Made by a program: the position numbers and the translations under genes
The notes under the pieces: generated by a model
Told to the model about the DNA's origin: nothing
The model's database searches: none
Seen by the model: the letters and a program-made list of their open reading frames with translations, nothing else
NCBI RefSeq assembly: GCF_964355755.1
Contig: NC_092677.1
Coordinates: 3,246,101 to 3,310,100, forward strand
DNA from: Antedon mediterranea
Taxonomy: Eukaryota; Animalia; Echinodermata
Length of the DNA stretch: 64,000 nucleotides
Reading direction: 5' to 3'
Part shown: positions 46,483-60,900 of the stretch, piece by piece
Layout of the letters: each line of letters opens with the position of its first letter
Numbering within the stretch: the first letter of the stretch is position 1

Positions 46483-48761
46483 TATTTACAACAATAATGT
46501 ACAAAACCCGTTTTAACAAGTGTTTTTTTAGTAAAGCCTTCTGCAACCGGCCACACAACACACTTTCTACCCGTCGCGATCGTCCGTCGTATTAATAAAA
46601 AGTACGTCTTGGAATTATAGAGGTCGCTGTTCAATTATTTAGTTCACTTTTTTTTTTTCGGAAACTTTTAATTTTTATGGAAAGTTTGTCTGTCAGGCGG
46701 TCTTTAGTATGATCATTAATTTCATATCTACCATCATTAAACCATGGTTACTCCATGATTAAACCAACATCACTTTTATCATCATCATTATAATTCATAT
46801 TACATTAAATTAAAGACACAACACATTAAAATGATACATTTTATTTTTATATTAGCAAATCATTTATTTTTATAAAAAAGTATTGCAATTTAAATATTCG
46901 TATTGTGATAATTAGATATAAAATCATGTCGGAACCACATTTAAATTCTACGCATAAACTGGTGGGAACTGTACAGTGTTGACATGGAATGAAATTAGCA
47001 AGAAATCTGTAACACGTTGATATTTAAATTCTGATTCCTTTCTACAAATCAAATTGGGTACGAAATACATGTTAGATATTTTTCCAATTAATACTGAACA
47101 CACACCACAGCTTTAGATTCAAAACTAATACAAAGAATTTTTCCATAATGACATAATAATTTTGAAACATTGAATTCCTAAAGGATACATGTATTATATT
47201 TTCACCATTTTATTTGTTTTTAATTAATTTATAGATGGTGACAATTAGGAATCTGTGAGAATGAGAAAAAGCTGTCCCAAACGGGATTCAAACTCGGAAC
47301 CTTCTGCTTAGATCATACCATTACACCAGGGGCTTTTATTTAGTATGGTTCACTAAACACAGCATTTTCTTAGTTTGCTTTCCTTTTTGGTTATATACTT
47401 TACAAATTTAAATAAAAATACAAAGAAATAGACATTGATTAGGTGATTTGGTTTTGGAACAAACTTTTTACAGTAGTACCTAATTATAATAGTTTACATT
47501 ATTTATAACAACAAATCCTAGAGACATGATAACTACCAAAATAAAAATACAGCATTTTCTTTTACAAGGCACAACCTGAATAAAATAAATGGTATGCCTG
47601 CCATCTGAGTTACAATCAAAATCACAATTGTATGAATTATCACATACATAACAATTATCTAAAAACTATAATTTACATTTAATACATATTAGATATGTAT
47701 TTTAATTACTATGTATTTAATTAACTAAAAACAAATAGAACCTGTTAGTTATTTGACTAAGCCGCAAACAAAAACTTGCATTTATACAAATCTTGGATAT
47801 TTGGACATACACAAAAAATATAGCAGTACAAATAAAACGACGTGCTATCAAATATTTAGCATATTTTGTTAAAGAGTTGTTTTACCGCATAACGTTGAAA
47901 TAAATTTTGGACGTAGACCTTAAAATGGTAGCAAAGTTAATAACAAAATAGTTGTTTCATTTATTAATATAAATAAAATGTATGGAATTAAAAAAAATGT
48001 TTTTACTAGAACTAGTAAAATCAGTTTGGATCATAAAGGTCTATAATATTAAAAGAAAGTAATCATAGCACCTAGCTATACTTAATCTGCCGTAGAGTAG
48101 AGGCAGATCTAGGTACCGATCGTGAGCAAGCAAGCAGAGATATCCAGGTACACTTATTTTGATGCAAACATGGGCGGATACCTAATATAAAGCAGCATGT
48201 GCCTCAACATCCTGGTCACCGCAACAACAGTGACGCATCGCCACTTTCACAATGGCTTCTTAAACTACCAAAATCTAATTAAAATACAAATCTAGAATTT
48301 ACTAATTCTTGATAAAATTACAAAATGTTGATACAATTACAAAGGAATTATATTTAAAGGAAAGACAAATGAAATTAATCAACATTGATCAAAAGGAATA
48401 TGCAACAAATACAGAAATATTATAGTATAGTCTTTGGTATTTTGCATTGTATAATATTTGTAAAAAACAACTAAACAAATTTTAACCTTTCATACAAAAA
48501 TAACTTGGCTATCTTGGCAGACGATATTAGTAGCGCAAAACAAGATGAAATGCGGAAGGCAAAGCGGAAGGCAAATGTGTTTATCACAAAGCTTTGGAAT
48601 CGCTAGAATTGAACCCAGGTGATTGGAAGGCAGCTAAACACCACTCCGGATGGGCGTAGTTTTGAAACGCTAATAAAAAATATAACAATTGCAAAATGTT
48701 ACCATCTAGAAAACTATTTGGTGTTTGATAGCATTGAGGCACTTAAATCTAAATATATCTA

Positions 48762-48922
48762 AAGCTCCGTCTACACTATCTAACTAGTTTCACAAAAAAC
48801 GTGTGATGTTGCAAATATGGTTGGGATATATCCAAATATGGTAGTGATATGACATCATCATGTCCATATATAGGCATATCACGTTTTTTTGTCACATAAA
48901 GTTTTATAGTGTAGACAGATTT
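48762..48922. mobile_element. MITE family 1 copy immediately after the cadherin stop codon
   Basis: Family 1 TIRs; about 7 bp from the stop codon (48930-48932). Confidence 0.85.
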
Positions 48923-48929
48923 AAATCTT

Positions 48930-51900
48930 TCAGTCCTCTCCACCACCGTACATGTCAGCGAGACGCTTGAACGGTTTTCCTAAAGAATTCAAATAATCAA
49001 AATCTTGAGAGCCGTCGGTGCTTGCCGAGTTGATAGAGCTCAGTGAACCGGCCGTTGACCCTTCACCCTCATAATCGTACACATGGAGACTGTCGAAGGG
49101 CGAGTTGTCGGGATCATCGTCGCATTTCGGTATACGTTCATCCAACAGGTCAGCCACTTCACGGGGTGCATCTAGATACAAATTTAATGGAACGGTAAAG
49201 TAAAATATGGTAACAAAAAATAATCTCTAAATATTAACCAATATTATGAAAACAATGGGGAGCATTATTAAACAAGAATTATAACTAAATCAAAAAGACC
49301 CCTGGAATGTAATAAATTATTAAAGTAAATTAAATAATATCATATCGGCCATATCAACACACACTTTTATGATTTACACACATCTAGTCGTAGGACACTG
49401 TAGCTATATTCATCAATCAAATTTCATTAAAAAATACCGAGTATTTCACTTAAGTCAATGAATATTTTAGGATTCCTCTTAAGTAGTATTCACTTAAGAG
49501 AAATAATAAATGTTTCCCTAAGTATGATTACGGCCACTGCTCTTCAAAATATTACAATTTAGTTAGAGTGGAGTTAGCTCGGTAGTTATGATGCTTGGCT
49601 ACCAATCCCAGGGTCCTGGGTTCAAGTCCTGTCAGTGTCAGGATTTTTCTAATGACAGTTTACAACTCCACTCCTTGTAATAAGACTTTGTTTATGTAGA
49701 GCATCATGTGTATGTTTGTCTTGTGAACAGGATTGGCACCTTTAAAAAGGATAGTGAATGAATTCGCTTATGGTTATCCTTGGCAATTTGCCATAAAGAA
49801 AGAAAGAGCTAACATACCGTTGTAAGCGTTACCAACTGGCACGGCCGACTCGGGCATCAAACGGTCTTTCTCTAGGCTTCCATCACTTAGACGACCAACA
49901 GGCTTTGTCAACGTATTGATGTCATAACCATCATGATCTAGCTCACCACCTCCTTCTTCGTCGTAGTACGCCAAATCCTCCACCAGGTCATCGTCTTCCA
50001 AATCCAGCATTGCTTTTCCTCTTTGGCGATTTTTGTTTTTATACAGCAAAAGTATGATTAGAACGACTAAAAGAACATTGCATAATTTAAATTTATGATT
50101 CATGGCATTGATTATTGTCATGAGAATTACTCTCTTAAACTGCATTCGTAATAAATCACTGGATTGTACAAATACAAATACATTTATTCATCAAATCACA
50201 AATAAAATAATAGTATGTACAATGATTCAAGAAAATGAATGATGAAATGGGGTCTCAGAAAACCAGGAGGTTTGTGTGATAGAGACCGCAGATTACTTTG
50301 ACAAAATGCTTTAAAAATTGTGATGATAATAATAATAATGCAGATTTCTAGAGTGCACTTCGCCACCAGAAGCTCAAGGTGCTTACATGATATGCAAAAC
50401 ATTACTAGAAAATAATATATCTGCAAGCTGTTTTAAAATCAGTGTTTCCAATAAATATACAAGGGTCTAAAACTATGAAATTAAAAATTGTTGAAATTAA
50501 CCCAATGTCTATGGCTCACATACACATCTCCAGTGGCGTAACGGCTATGAGTGCTCACTGGCTAAACCCAGTGCCCCTGAGCAGTGCCCAAAGGAAAAAG
50601 ACAGGCATTAAAATATGCTGAAAAAGGCAGTTGAAGGGCCACTTAGGGTTCCAAAACCAGGGGCCTCAGGTTTCTATGTTTCGCCACAGCACATCTCCCT
50701 GATAGAACTGAGTTGTATAAATAAGAGGAGCAACTAATTTTGCAAACGTAAGCTATCAATCAGGCAGGAAAAAGTTGTTTTAACCTACTGAGTAGAAATA
50801 GTAAACAGGTGCAAATGATGGCAATCAAAGCTGCTGAAACACCACCAGGAGTGGTTGCGGTCTTCCCTATTCCACAGGTGTCACCTACATAATCTTCTGT
50901 ACATATGCATTTGAAGCTACCATCATCTTCTACACATTTGCCACCATTTAGGCAGGGATTCGGATCACATGAGATTGGGATGCAGAGATCACCGATAGTG
51001 TTGATAGGACAACTATACACATAAAAAAACAGTACACAATTAAATTAGTAAGTAATCCTAAAAACATGTATCTAACTGAGCTATTTTGAGCATACTATAA
51101 TCAGCATATCTAGCTTCTTATACTGCTTGTTGTGTATATGCGAGCAGTGGGAGTAAAGCTCTATCTACACTAAAAACAAGTGTGATTTGCCCAAATATGG
51201 TAGTGATATACCTAAATATGGTAGTGAAATGACATCATCATGTCCATATATGGGAACATCACATTTTTTTGTCACAAAGACAGAGCTTTAGGTGTCTAAT
51301 CTAAAAGACATTATTCATGTGATCCAGTTAATCATTTGAAATAATTTTACAACTTATAATTGAAAGTACATGAGATGACATAATAGCTAAGACAAGAATT
51401 CTCCAACTGGACTTTAACATCCCTTTCACGTTGTCTAGCACTCTGGAGTGTAACACACTGGAGGCATTAATGCTCTGTCTACACTTTATGTGATATATAT
51501 GGACATGAAGATGTCATATCACTACAATTGGGCATATCACTACCATATTTGGGCCCATCACACTTTTTTGTTAAACTAGTTTGATAGTGTAGACCGAGCT
51601 TAACACTCACATTTTGTATATTGTGTTCCCCAGTGTTTGTAAACTCCTGTGTTTTGCAAAAGACAGAGGTATTACCAAAATTGAAGATAAACAAATATAA
51701 CTTACATGCATTCATATCTACGCCACAGATCGTTGCAAACAGATTTCGGAGCAGGACAAGTGACACCGTTACAAGCTTCGCTGATACAGCCCTCTGTAAC
51801 GTTATTGGACGCCGTCACAGTGGCGTAATCTGAATCCGTGAAACCCAGGAAGTTGTTGTTGATTCGCGGATCGTTCATACAACCTGTGATAAACAAAATA

Positions 51901-54900
51901 ATAATTAAACATCATATATCGTTTATATATCTATTGAGATCAGTATTATTGTTTATACTATTACCGATCTGTCACAGATTTCCTCATCTTTATCGTTTCA
52001 AATTAATTAATTAAATTTCAGTGTATCACCGGGCGGTTTAGAATTAAAAAATTTATTATTTATTTATATTTATATATATAAATCCAAAGGCAAATTACTG
52101 AAAAAATGACAATGCTGTGGGTATCAGTGGCTGGATGTCAATGGAGATGCAAAAACAAAAAGCGAAAAGCTAAATCAAAATGATAAAGTAAAACAGCTAG
52201 AAATGTTAGCAGAGCTTTCGGGCAACACATAGCCCTTCATCAGTGCAAGTGAAGTATAAATATATACTGTGTTGGCCACTAGTGATGGACTACTCCATTC
52301 TGCTTTATTCTTCATTTTTTTAAACAAAACATATCTGAGCTTACCTTGGAAATCCTGTTGTGAAAACCCACTTCCTGCAGAATCTCCGACTCTTAGAGAT
52401 TCTGCAGTAGCTACAAATATCTGGAACGAACCAGGTGCTCCTTGCACTTGTCTGGTTCCGCCACCTCTGTCAACCTTCAACGTGACAAAGTTACCATAGC
52501 GATCATACTCAACACTATGCCACTGTCCATTGTTGACTCTGTAATTTGGTAGGCTCATTGTAAACTCACCATCTCCAAGATTGTAGCGAAGCCTCATTGT
52601 ACCATCAACGAGCTGAAAAAATATATGTAACTTTAGCAAAATATAATTGTTGTAGTGTGTTACCCTGTGTCTAGGTTAGCTATATACCATACCTCTCTCT
52701 TCCCCTATCTAACCATTGAATGGTATATACCAGTATATACCATACAAGTCCTGTGTCATCCTAACCATTGAATAATATGCATTCATATATTATTTACCTC
52801 AATAGTAGTGTGTTCCCCTGTGTCTAGGTTAGCTATATACCATACAAGTCCTGTCTCTTCCCACGTTCTAACCACTGAATGGTAATGTTCTTCATATCCT
52901 GAAGTATCAAGCCCAGCCGCTGCTTTCACGCTGTAGTCAACGTAACTATTCAATGCGAAATCAGACGGAGTTGTTTCTACATAATAAAAGAACACTCGAG
53001 CATTAGGTTACTGATTGGTGGCGTGAGATTTTTTGCTACGGTGACACAGAAGACAAGTAGGTTACGCCCACTAAGGTCACCGTAGGGTGTTCTCCTACCC
53101 CTCTCTCTATCCCTCTATTTGATGAGAAATGCACACTGACACTAAAAATACAGAGAATACTTTCTTTTAAATTCATTGCAGGATTTGAAACCTTTAAAGC
53201 ACAATTTGTTAGGAATCACACATTATAGTATGAATTAAAAAAAAAGAAAATAGAAAATAATCTACCTGTGTCACATTTTTCTCCTGTGTAACCTGGGAAG
53301 CAAATACATTCCCCATCTGGGTCATTAGTATTGGCATTACATATACCATTGATACACCATGAATTTCCTTCACCATTTTCAATACAACTGTCATCAGTAC
53401 GAGGACATCCTTCTTCAGAATTCAGAGACGACAGTCCTACGTTGTTGTTGCTTAAATCGTATAATTTACCATCCTGTATCAGGTTCCGGATGCAACCGTC
53501 AAATCCAGAAGCCACAAACGTAATAGGGTATTTCCAACCGGAATTTTGATCGACTCCGCCAATTTGTAATGGCGTGTTCACGTTCAGAAGCGTGCTGGAA
53601 TTAAAAAATTTTAAACATTACATCTTTGTATCTTCGTTAAAAAAACTTTGCCTACTCTGTTTTACGGGAAATATGGTGTACATAGACAACCTAATTTTAA
53701 ACGAAATGTGATTTAAAAAATGAACTGATTATACCTGGTTCCGGTAATTGTACTGGTAACCTTGCAATTGGTTGAATCTATGTCATCGTTTGTCACCGTA
53801 GCCGTTGAGCAATGGTCCACGATCATCTCTACATACTGAAAATTGTAAAATTTTAAATATTTGTTTTTAACAGTTTCATTCAGACCTACTGACTGTATCT
53901 ATGAGGCGCAATGACATACCTAAGCTAGGCCTGCAATAGCTGGTTGTGAAATACCTTACCCAGATAAAGTGACTTAAAAGGATTTAATAAGTTTACAGGC
54001 CAGTTCAAATATGAAGAAACAACTATTTAGTATTTAGGAATATTCGATATTTATAATATGTACGAGCATTTGGAAGTTTCACAACATTATGTTCTTTATA
54101 AATCCAGAATATCATTATTATTATATTTTGTTGGTCCTTCCCTCAGCCGCACTATAAACAATAATTTAGTGGAGTTGTGGCTTGGTAGTTATGATGCTTG
54201 GCTACCACTCCTACCAGGGTCCTGGGTTCAAGTCCCATCACATATCAAGATTTTTTCTAAGGACAAAATTATAACTTCACTCCCAAAAGACTTGTAATGA
54301 GACTTTGTTTATGTAGAGCATGTTGTGTATATTTTTGTCTTGTGAACCTTTGAGAGTCCCTAATGATCAGCAATTGCTGGATGGATCACCCTCGTTAAAT
54401 AAGGTTAAAAAAAAAAAATAAATACAAAATAATCCACTGTTTACAACATGATAATGTGAAATTATTGTTACCTGAGCATTTCTTCTGATTTCAACTGTGT
54501 GCCAAATATCGTCATTCAATGCACTAAGATCTTCGTCTTTAAAAGAAATCGTATCCGTTCCATCACCGAGATTGAGTCTCAATCTTGGCCGACCTCTGAC
54601 CAACTCAAGGACAATAAAATCATCTGGTTGACCACTCACGGTCTGCATCGGTCCGTTATAGAATAGTACGGCGGTCAAATCACCTGTGATGAAGTCAATG
54701 GAGGTGACTGTGTCTTCGCATTGTTCAAGTGACTCCACCCAAGCGTAACTCTCACCGGCCTTAAAGCTTCGCTTTGTTTTCTCGCATCTTCCTCCGCCGT
54801 ACTCATTCGGACATTCGCATCTGTAAAACATAATATCATACATGATAAAACCAAAACTGGTACAAAATACTTTTAAATTTGACATTTCTAGATTCGTAAT

Positions 54901-57900
54901 AAAGTTTAATTATGGTTTATTTTGCTTTCCATTTCCACACCCAAGAACATGATTTAGTATTTATTTATTATTTGAATGTAACTCATTTTTAGTGGGTCTC
55001 CTATCACAAGACCCTTGGGGTTTCCTGGAGGTCCCTGTTATCTTCTTTAAATTTGTTTTACTCCTTTTTGTTAAGTGTATTGTTTTTGATGAGATGAATA
55101 AAGTGATTGATTTGATTTGAACAAATTAAGATGTGAAAATTCTACTTTAAAAAACTCCATTTTCGTGGAATTTTGGTTACAGGCGTGTAATCAATCATGC
55201 ATAACGTTGTAAAAAGACTTTGCACATTGACTGTAAACATTTTGTGTGTGATCATTCATGCATGCATAATGAGACTCATACCTAAATCCATCAATAGTAG
55301 ATACACAAGTTCCACCATTCATACACGCATCGTACGAACACCCATCAGGAAATACGTCCGTTCCAGCGCACCCACAAGCCGCTGTAGTGTACGTTGTAAT
55401 TCCTGTGAAAGACTGCGACTCTAGATCAATAAGATACGGCTCTTTTGTGACTGTGAAATTGTTGTAGCAGGATCCCTCGCAAACACTCTCATCCAAAAAG
55501 CAAGCATCAATTTTTATCATAACTAAATCAAGTCCAATAGCAGCTTCCACCTGGTAAAAATAAATATGCAGATTTATTTGAATGTTTTATTATTGAATGT
55601 AATAGGTTTAAATAAGTGAATATGAGCTAGATGTGTACACTGGACCTAGGGTTTATAGTCCTTATTCTAGAAAACTTGTTCTATCACCACAACCATGGAG
55701 TGAGTGAGCCTCGAACCTTGCCGATGTTATGGCTACGTGATTACGGTTCAACTTGTCTTAACGGCCACTCAATCAATCACTGCTATATTATTATTTCAAT
55801 CTGAACGTATATTATGATGTTTACTAGTTTACTGTTAAAACACTCTATCAATGTTTACCTTTTCTTTATTCTGCCTGACAGCCATATCAAGTCTCTCAGC
55901 TTTGTAATATGGTGATCCGTGAACCGAATATCGCACGTCAATCACATTCGTTTCTCCATCAACATTTATCACGCTAAAAATATCCACATTGTCTTCATCC
56001 GCTCCTAAGATTTCAGCCAAAGTATTGCGCAAGACAAAGTACGTACTATCCGGCTCTTTGATGAATTCTTCGGCTGATTCTCCGGATATTCTCAAGGACC
56101 CCGAGTTGTAAACGGCTTCCTCTGGAATGTCTCTGACAGTGACGGTGACAGTGGATGTCTGGTCTGGGAAGGTGCCATCATCCGATACCAGAATCTGCAT
56201 CTCGTAGATGCCATCTGGGGTGCCTTCTTTGATAAGAATGAATCCGGTGTCTGTGTCAAGCTAAAATAAAAATTATATGAAATTGTATTATTAAATAAGT
56301 TTCTTTTTTTGAAAAAAATAATATGCTGCCTTAAGTTCTGTCTACACGACCATATATGGACATGATGACATCATATCACTACCATGTTTGGGCATATCAC
56401 TACCATATTTGGGCATATCACTACCATAATTGGGCATATCACTACCATATATGGGCACATCACACTTTTTTTGTCAAACTAGTTTGATAGTGTAGACAGA
56501 GCTTTAGGTACTATTAGAAGGTTCTGTGGTGAATGATATAAAATGTTGATGCATCTCTCATTCCAGTCACAGTCCTTGGTGCAAAGTTCCTAATATCAAC
56601 ATGTATTCCATAAATTATCAAACCCATTAAATATCAATAACACTCACATCAAAGTACAGCCAATCATCGTTATCGTTTGGCGCCACCTCTTTGTAAGTTT
56701 TGTCTTCCAAATCGTCTAAATCTGGTGCACTTACTGGTCCGACAGGTGTTGAACCTACACCAGTAGTGGTACCACCTAACCAAGGAATAAAACGAGAAGA
56801 ACAGTTCAATCAAACTATATTATGTACATGCCAAAAATATGTATTTAGAAATAGTATAAGAGTATTTTGGACATAGAGTGGTGGAACCAAACTCTATGTC
56901 CTTCCTTATCTTACAGTAAGTGAGTGATGCTTACCTTAAGTGAAATAAGGAGGCAAAGAGTATTACTCGTATAGGCTGCCTCCTCTCATAGTGTTTATGT
57001 GTGAGTCATGTTCGTTTGAAAGTGTTAAGTGTTTGGCTTGAAACAATGTGATAAGTTAATGAATTCCATGTGTTTATGATACGTATATCAAAGAAGCTCT
57101 ACTGAAGGTATTAAACCGAGATTTCAGTTAACTTGGACACTAAATTCAGATTGGTTTTCCAAGGAATCAACATCTTGGACCTGTCACTATCTTTGGCTAT
57201 GACATTTTTTTTTTCATATCAAAACATATACAAATAAAAAGCAAATTGAAAAAAAAACAACTCTATTGTACATTGGTCTTAGCTTAATGGTCACTTTAAT
57301 GGTCACTTTAATGGTCACTTTAATGGTCACTTTAATGGTCCAGAATAACGTTTTTAAAAGTACCTTGATAAGTGTAGACGAACATGGACTTCTGACCAGC
57401 TTGGTGTGGATTATCATTGACATCACCAACTTCAATTGTCACTGTACTAGAACAAGAGTTGCCACTTGTGTCTTCCGTTCCAATTACCATGTTGTAAAAC
57501 TTTGTCGCTTCCCTGTCTAGTTTTTGTCTGGTTTTAATCTCTGCTGACGTATCTGTAAAAAAAAAAGATATTTTAATATACTTATTATTTATTCTTTATA
57601 CTGGGTAGACCCTTCAGTCGCAAACTTTTCTCCCAGATGTCTCAGTGTATAGTACTATGATGAGTTTGTGACAGTGGCTGTGTGTGAACTAGTACACCCA
57701 GGTTAACCCCCTACTCATCTCAAAAGATGTACTAGGTTCTTTAAAAGTGCTCATGAACCAGATGAGTATACTGAACCTATATGTTTATAGTCCTTGCTTA
57801 TTGCTTATTCTTATCCGAAAAAACTTTCACAGTATTATACATTTATTTATATACATTTCATCATATTTTAAGAGGGTGATCTGGGTTATTGTAAGCTAAT

Positions 57901-60900
57901 TTAGTATAATCTCCTTAATGGACAATAAAACAGTGCATAAAACTTACCAGAGACTTCATCCAACGAGAAAGCCTCATTTACAGTATATTCGCCACCGTTC
58001 TCATTACCATTGATTATACTAAATTTGTAAGGTGTTTGATTGGGATCGGTGTCGGGATCAAGAGCTACTATAGTCTCAACCAACTGAGGGGGGTTTAAAT
58101 TCTCCATCACCACTGGACGATAATCTTCTACAAGACGTGGACATTCATCATTTATGTCCAGTACAGTGATACGCAACGTACACGATCCTGTTGCTACTGG
58201 ACTCCCTGCAAATGTTTGAAAAAGAGAAATCATTGTATTAAGTGGTCAATCAATCTAAAGTTGTAATACTGTATCATTTTTTGTTTTTGTTTTGAGGAGT
58301 CTATTTATTACAAGCTATGCTTTCATTTAGTTAATTTGTTTAAGTTATTAGTAAAGTGAAAAAAATCCATGCATTTCTACAATGCACAAAGGAAGTACAA
58401 AGAAGAAGTAGTATTAAACAACATTTTAATCAATGTTTCTGAGATTTTTAACTAAACAGTAAATTCCACAACTCCCACCCAACCAAACAAGCTCTGTCTA
58501 CACCATCCAACTAGTTTGACAAATAAAGTGTGATATGCCCAAATATGGTCATGATATGACATCATCATATCCATATATGGGCACATCATATTTTTTTGTC
58601 AAATAAAGTTTGATAGTGTAGACAGAGTTTTTCTACACAGTTGTTATCAGGTCTTAATTATAGATTTCCTTTAAAATATTAAAATGTATATTAACAACAG
58701 GCAGCTCTAAATACTATCAAATATTTTTAATGAAATTCGTTCTTATGTTTAAGTTGCTTTATCCTCATAGCATCCTTCAGATGGGACTCAAAGCCGGTGG
58801 TTCAATAACTTACCGTTATCTACTGCCAAGACAATGAAGTTGTGTACAGGAATGTTTTCACGATCAAATGCTTTAACTTGAGTTATGACTCCTGTAGATC
58901 CGTCGATGCTAAGCCAATCCATGTCATTTGTGACTGGGTCCAATGCATACGTACTACAAATACAATATAAACAAGAAGATTATTAAACTTCTTGCTAAAT
59001 CTCACAGTACACAAATTGAACTAGTATGGCTACTAAATCAAAACTACAATTCACATGCTTAGTATATACTACATTATAATCTGCATGGTAGACTTGATCC
59101 AGATCATGAATAACAGTGCTTGATACAGAGATAGCGCAATATAAATGAAAAATCAAGACTCTGGTTAATATTTCAACATATTTATTAACACTACAGACTG
59201 TTTCATTCTCCATCAAATCTTTTTATCTCTCTCATGAAACAGTCTCTAGTGTTAATAAATATGTTGAAATATTAACCTTGATTTATCATTTATACTACAT
59301 TATATAAATTCACATATTCTTAATTTCAATTAAACAAGAAATTTCAACAATTATTAAATCAATTAAATACTATGTCATACACCACCAATTTTCTGAGCTT
59401 TTCAGTAGTATTACTGCAGTAACTACAGTTTGTTTTTGTTCTATAACTTGTTTTTGCAATTATTTAGCAAGCTTTTTGGGGAGTCATTACACTGTTTATT
59501 AGTGACTGCCTCATAAACTTCTCCATTAAAACCTTAAAATCATACTTCATTGCAGTAAATGTCTGTTACTGCAGTAACGGGCAGTAGAATAATGATTGAT
59601 TTTCAGTTTTCAGATTTATTATAAAGTTTACAATCTTATTACATACATTGCATTTAACTCTGGATCTGTGGCCGTCACAGTAATGGTAAAAGTGGTTTGA
59701 CCTTCTGTGACATCAGCTGAATATGCAGCTGGATCAAAGACTGGTGGTTCATTGACATCTGTTACTTGTATCGTTGTGGTAGCCGTTGCGCAGGTATTAG
59801 GATCGCAAGCACGAATTGTCAGTGTATACCTTTCATTTGTTTCAAAATCCAGTTCCTGTACAAAAACAATAAATTTATTTTGAAATTTAGAAAAGTTTTA
59901 AGAAGGTAAAACTTGATGACAAAAGCCAAGTTCACTCAGTTGCCAATTTGACTGTGACTCATTCTAGTTGCACTTCCAATTGCTAGATATCTACACAATT
60001 AGAGAATAACCTATGAATATTCATGAATGGCCATAATGACACCTATCTTTAAAAAGATAGATAGAGTGATACGCATATGGAAATCAGGCATTTAGCTAAA
60101 TGTGCTTCAATTCCCTATGATCTGAATTTTAAAGTAAGCTCAGAGGGCCTAATTTTAAAAGGAATAACTTAACACTCATAGATGAATATAAAAAATAAGC
60201 TTCTAGGGTGTAAACTGTAGGTAAGATACAACATCACATGTGACATTGTTTTTATGATGTGATGCAGTACAGTAGAGTACAGAGAACCAACTTTAAGATT
60301 ATTTTATTTAACCATTACATTGTAAAATCTTACATTCTTTAAGTAAATAACGGCATTTTGTTTATTGACTGGGTTTGGAATAACTTCAAATTTAGAATCA
60401 ACATTTCCACTCGTAATAACAAAATCCAGCTCCGCATTGACTCCCTCATCAGCATCACTTGCGAAAATCTCTAAAACTTTATCGCCAGGGGTCAGTGACT
60501 CGGGAACAGATTTATCGTACGAAGTTGGGTCAAAAATTGGTGAATTATCGTTTACATCTGTCACAATGATAGTTGCTGTAGCAGTTGCTGAAAAGAAAAA
60601 AATAAATAAAAAAATTATCAATTAATACAATAACTAGAGTACAAAACCTCCGCCTACGGTAAAATTCCCCTACATAAAATGTCCCCGGAAAAAATATATG
60701 GTTCATGCTCCTCTGAAGTTTTTTTTTTTATTATTTTTTTATTTTTATTTTTTTTTTGGACCTTGATCTTTGACCCTGACCCTTCAAAATTTAACCACAA
60801 TTATATGATGAGTCATTGATCATTGTAGCTAAGTTTGGTGAGAATCGGATAAAAACTGTGGTTTCTAGGCAGTAATATAGTTTTTTGTTAGTTGTGACCT

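Noticed and set aside
55620-57820. Two related segments (about 55620-55790 and 57600-57820) resembling a reverse-oriented SINE
   Set aside because: They share GTTTATAGTCCTT and nearby motifs but are too degenerate to delimit or classify by eye.
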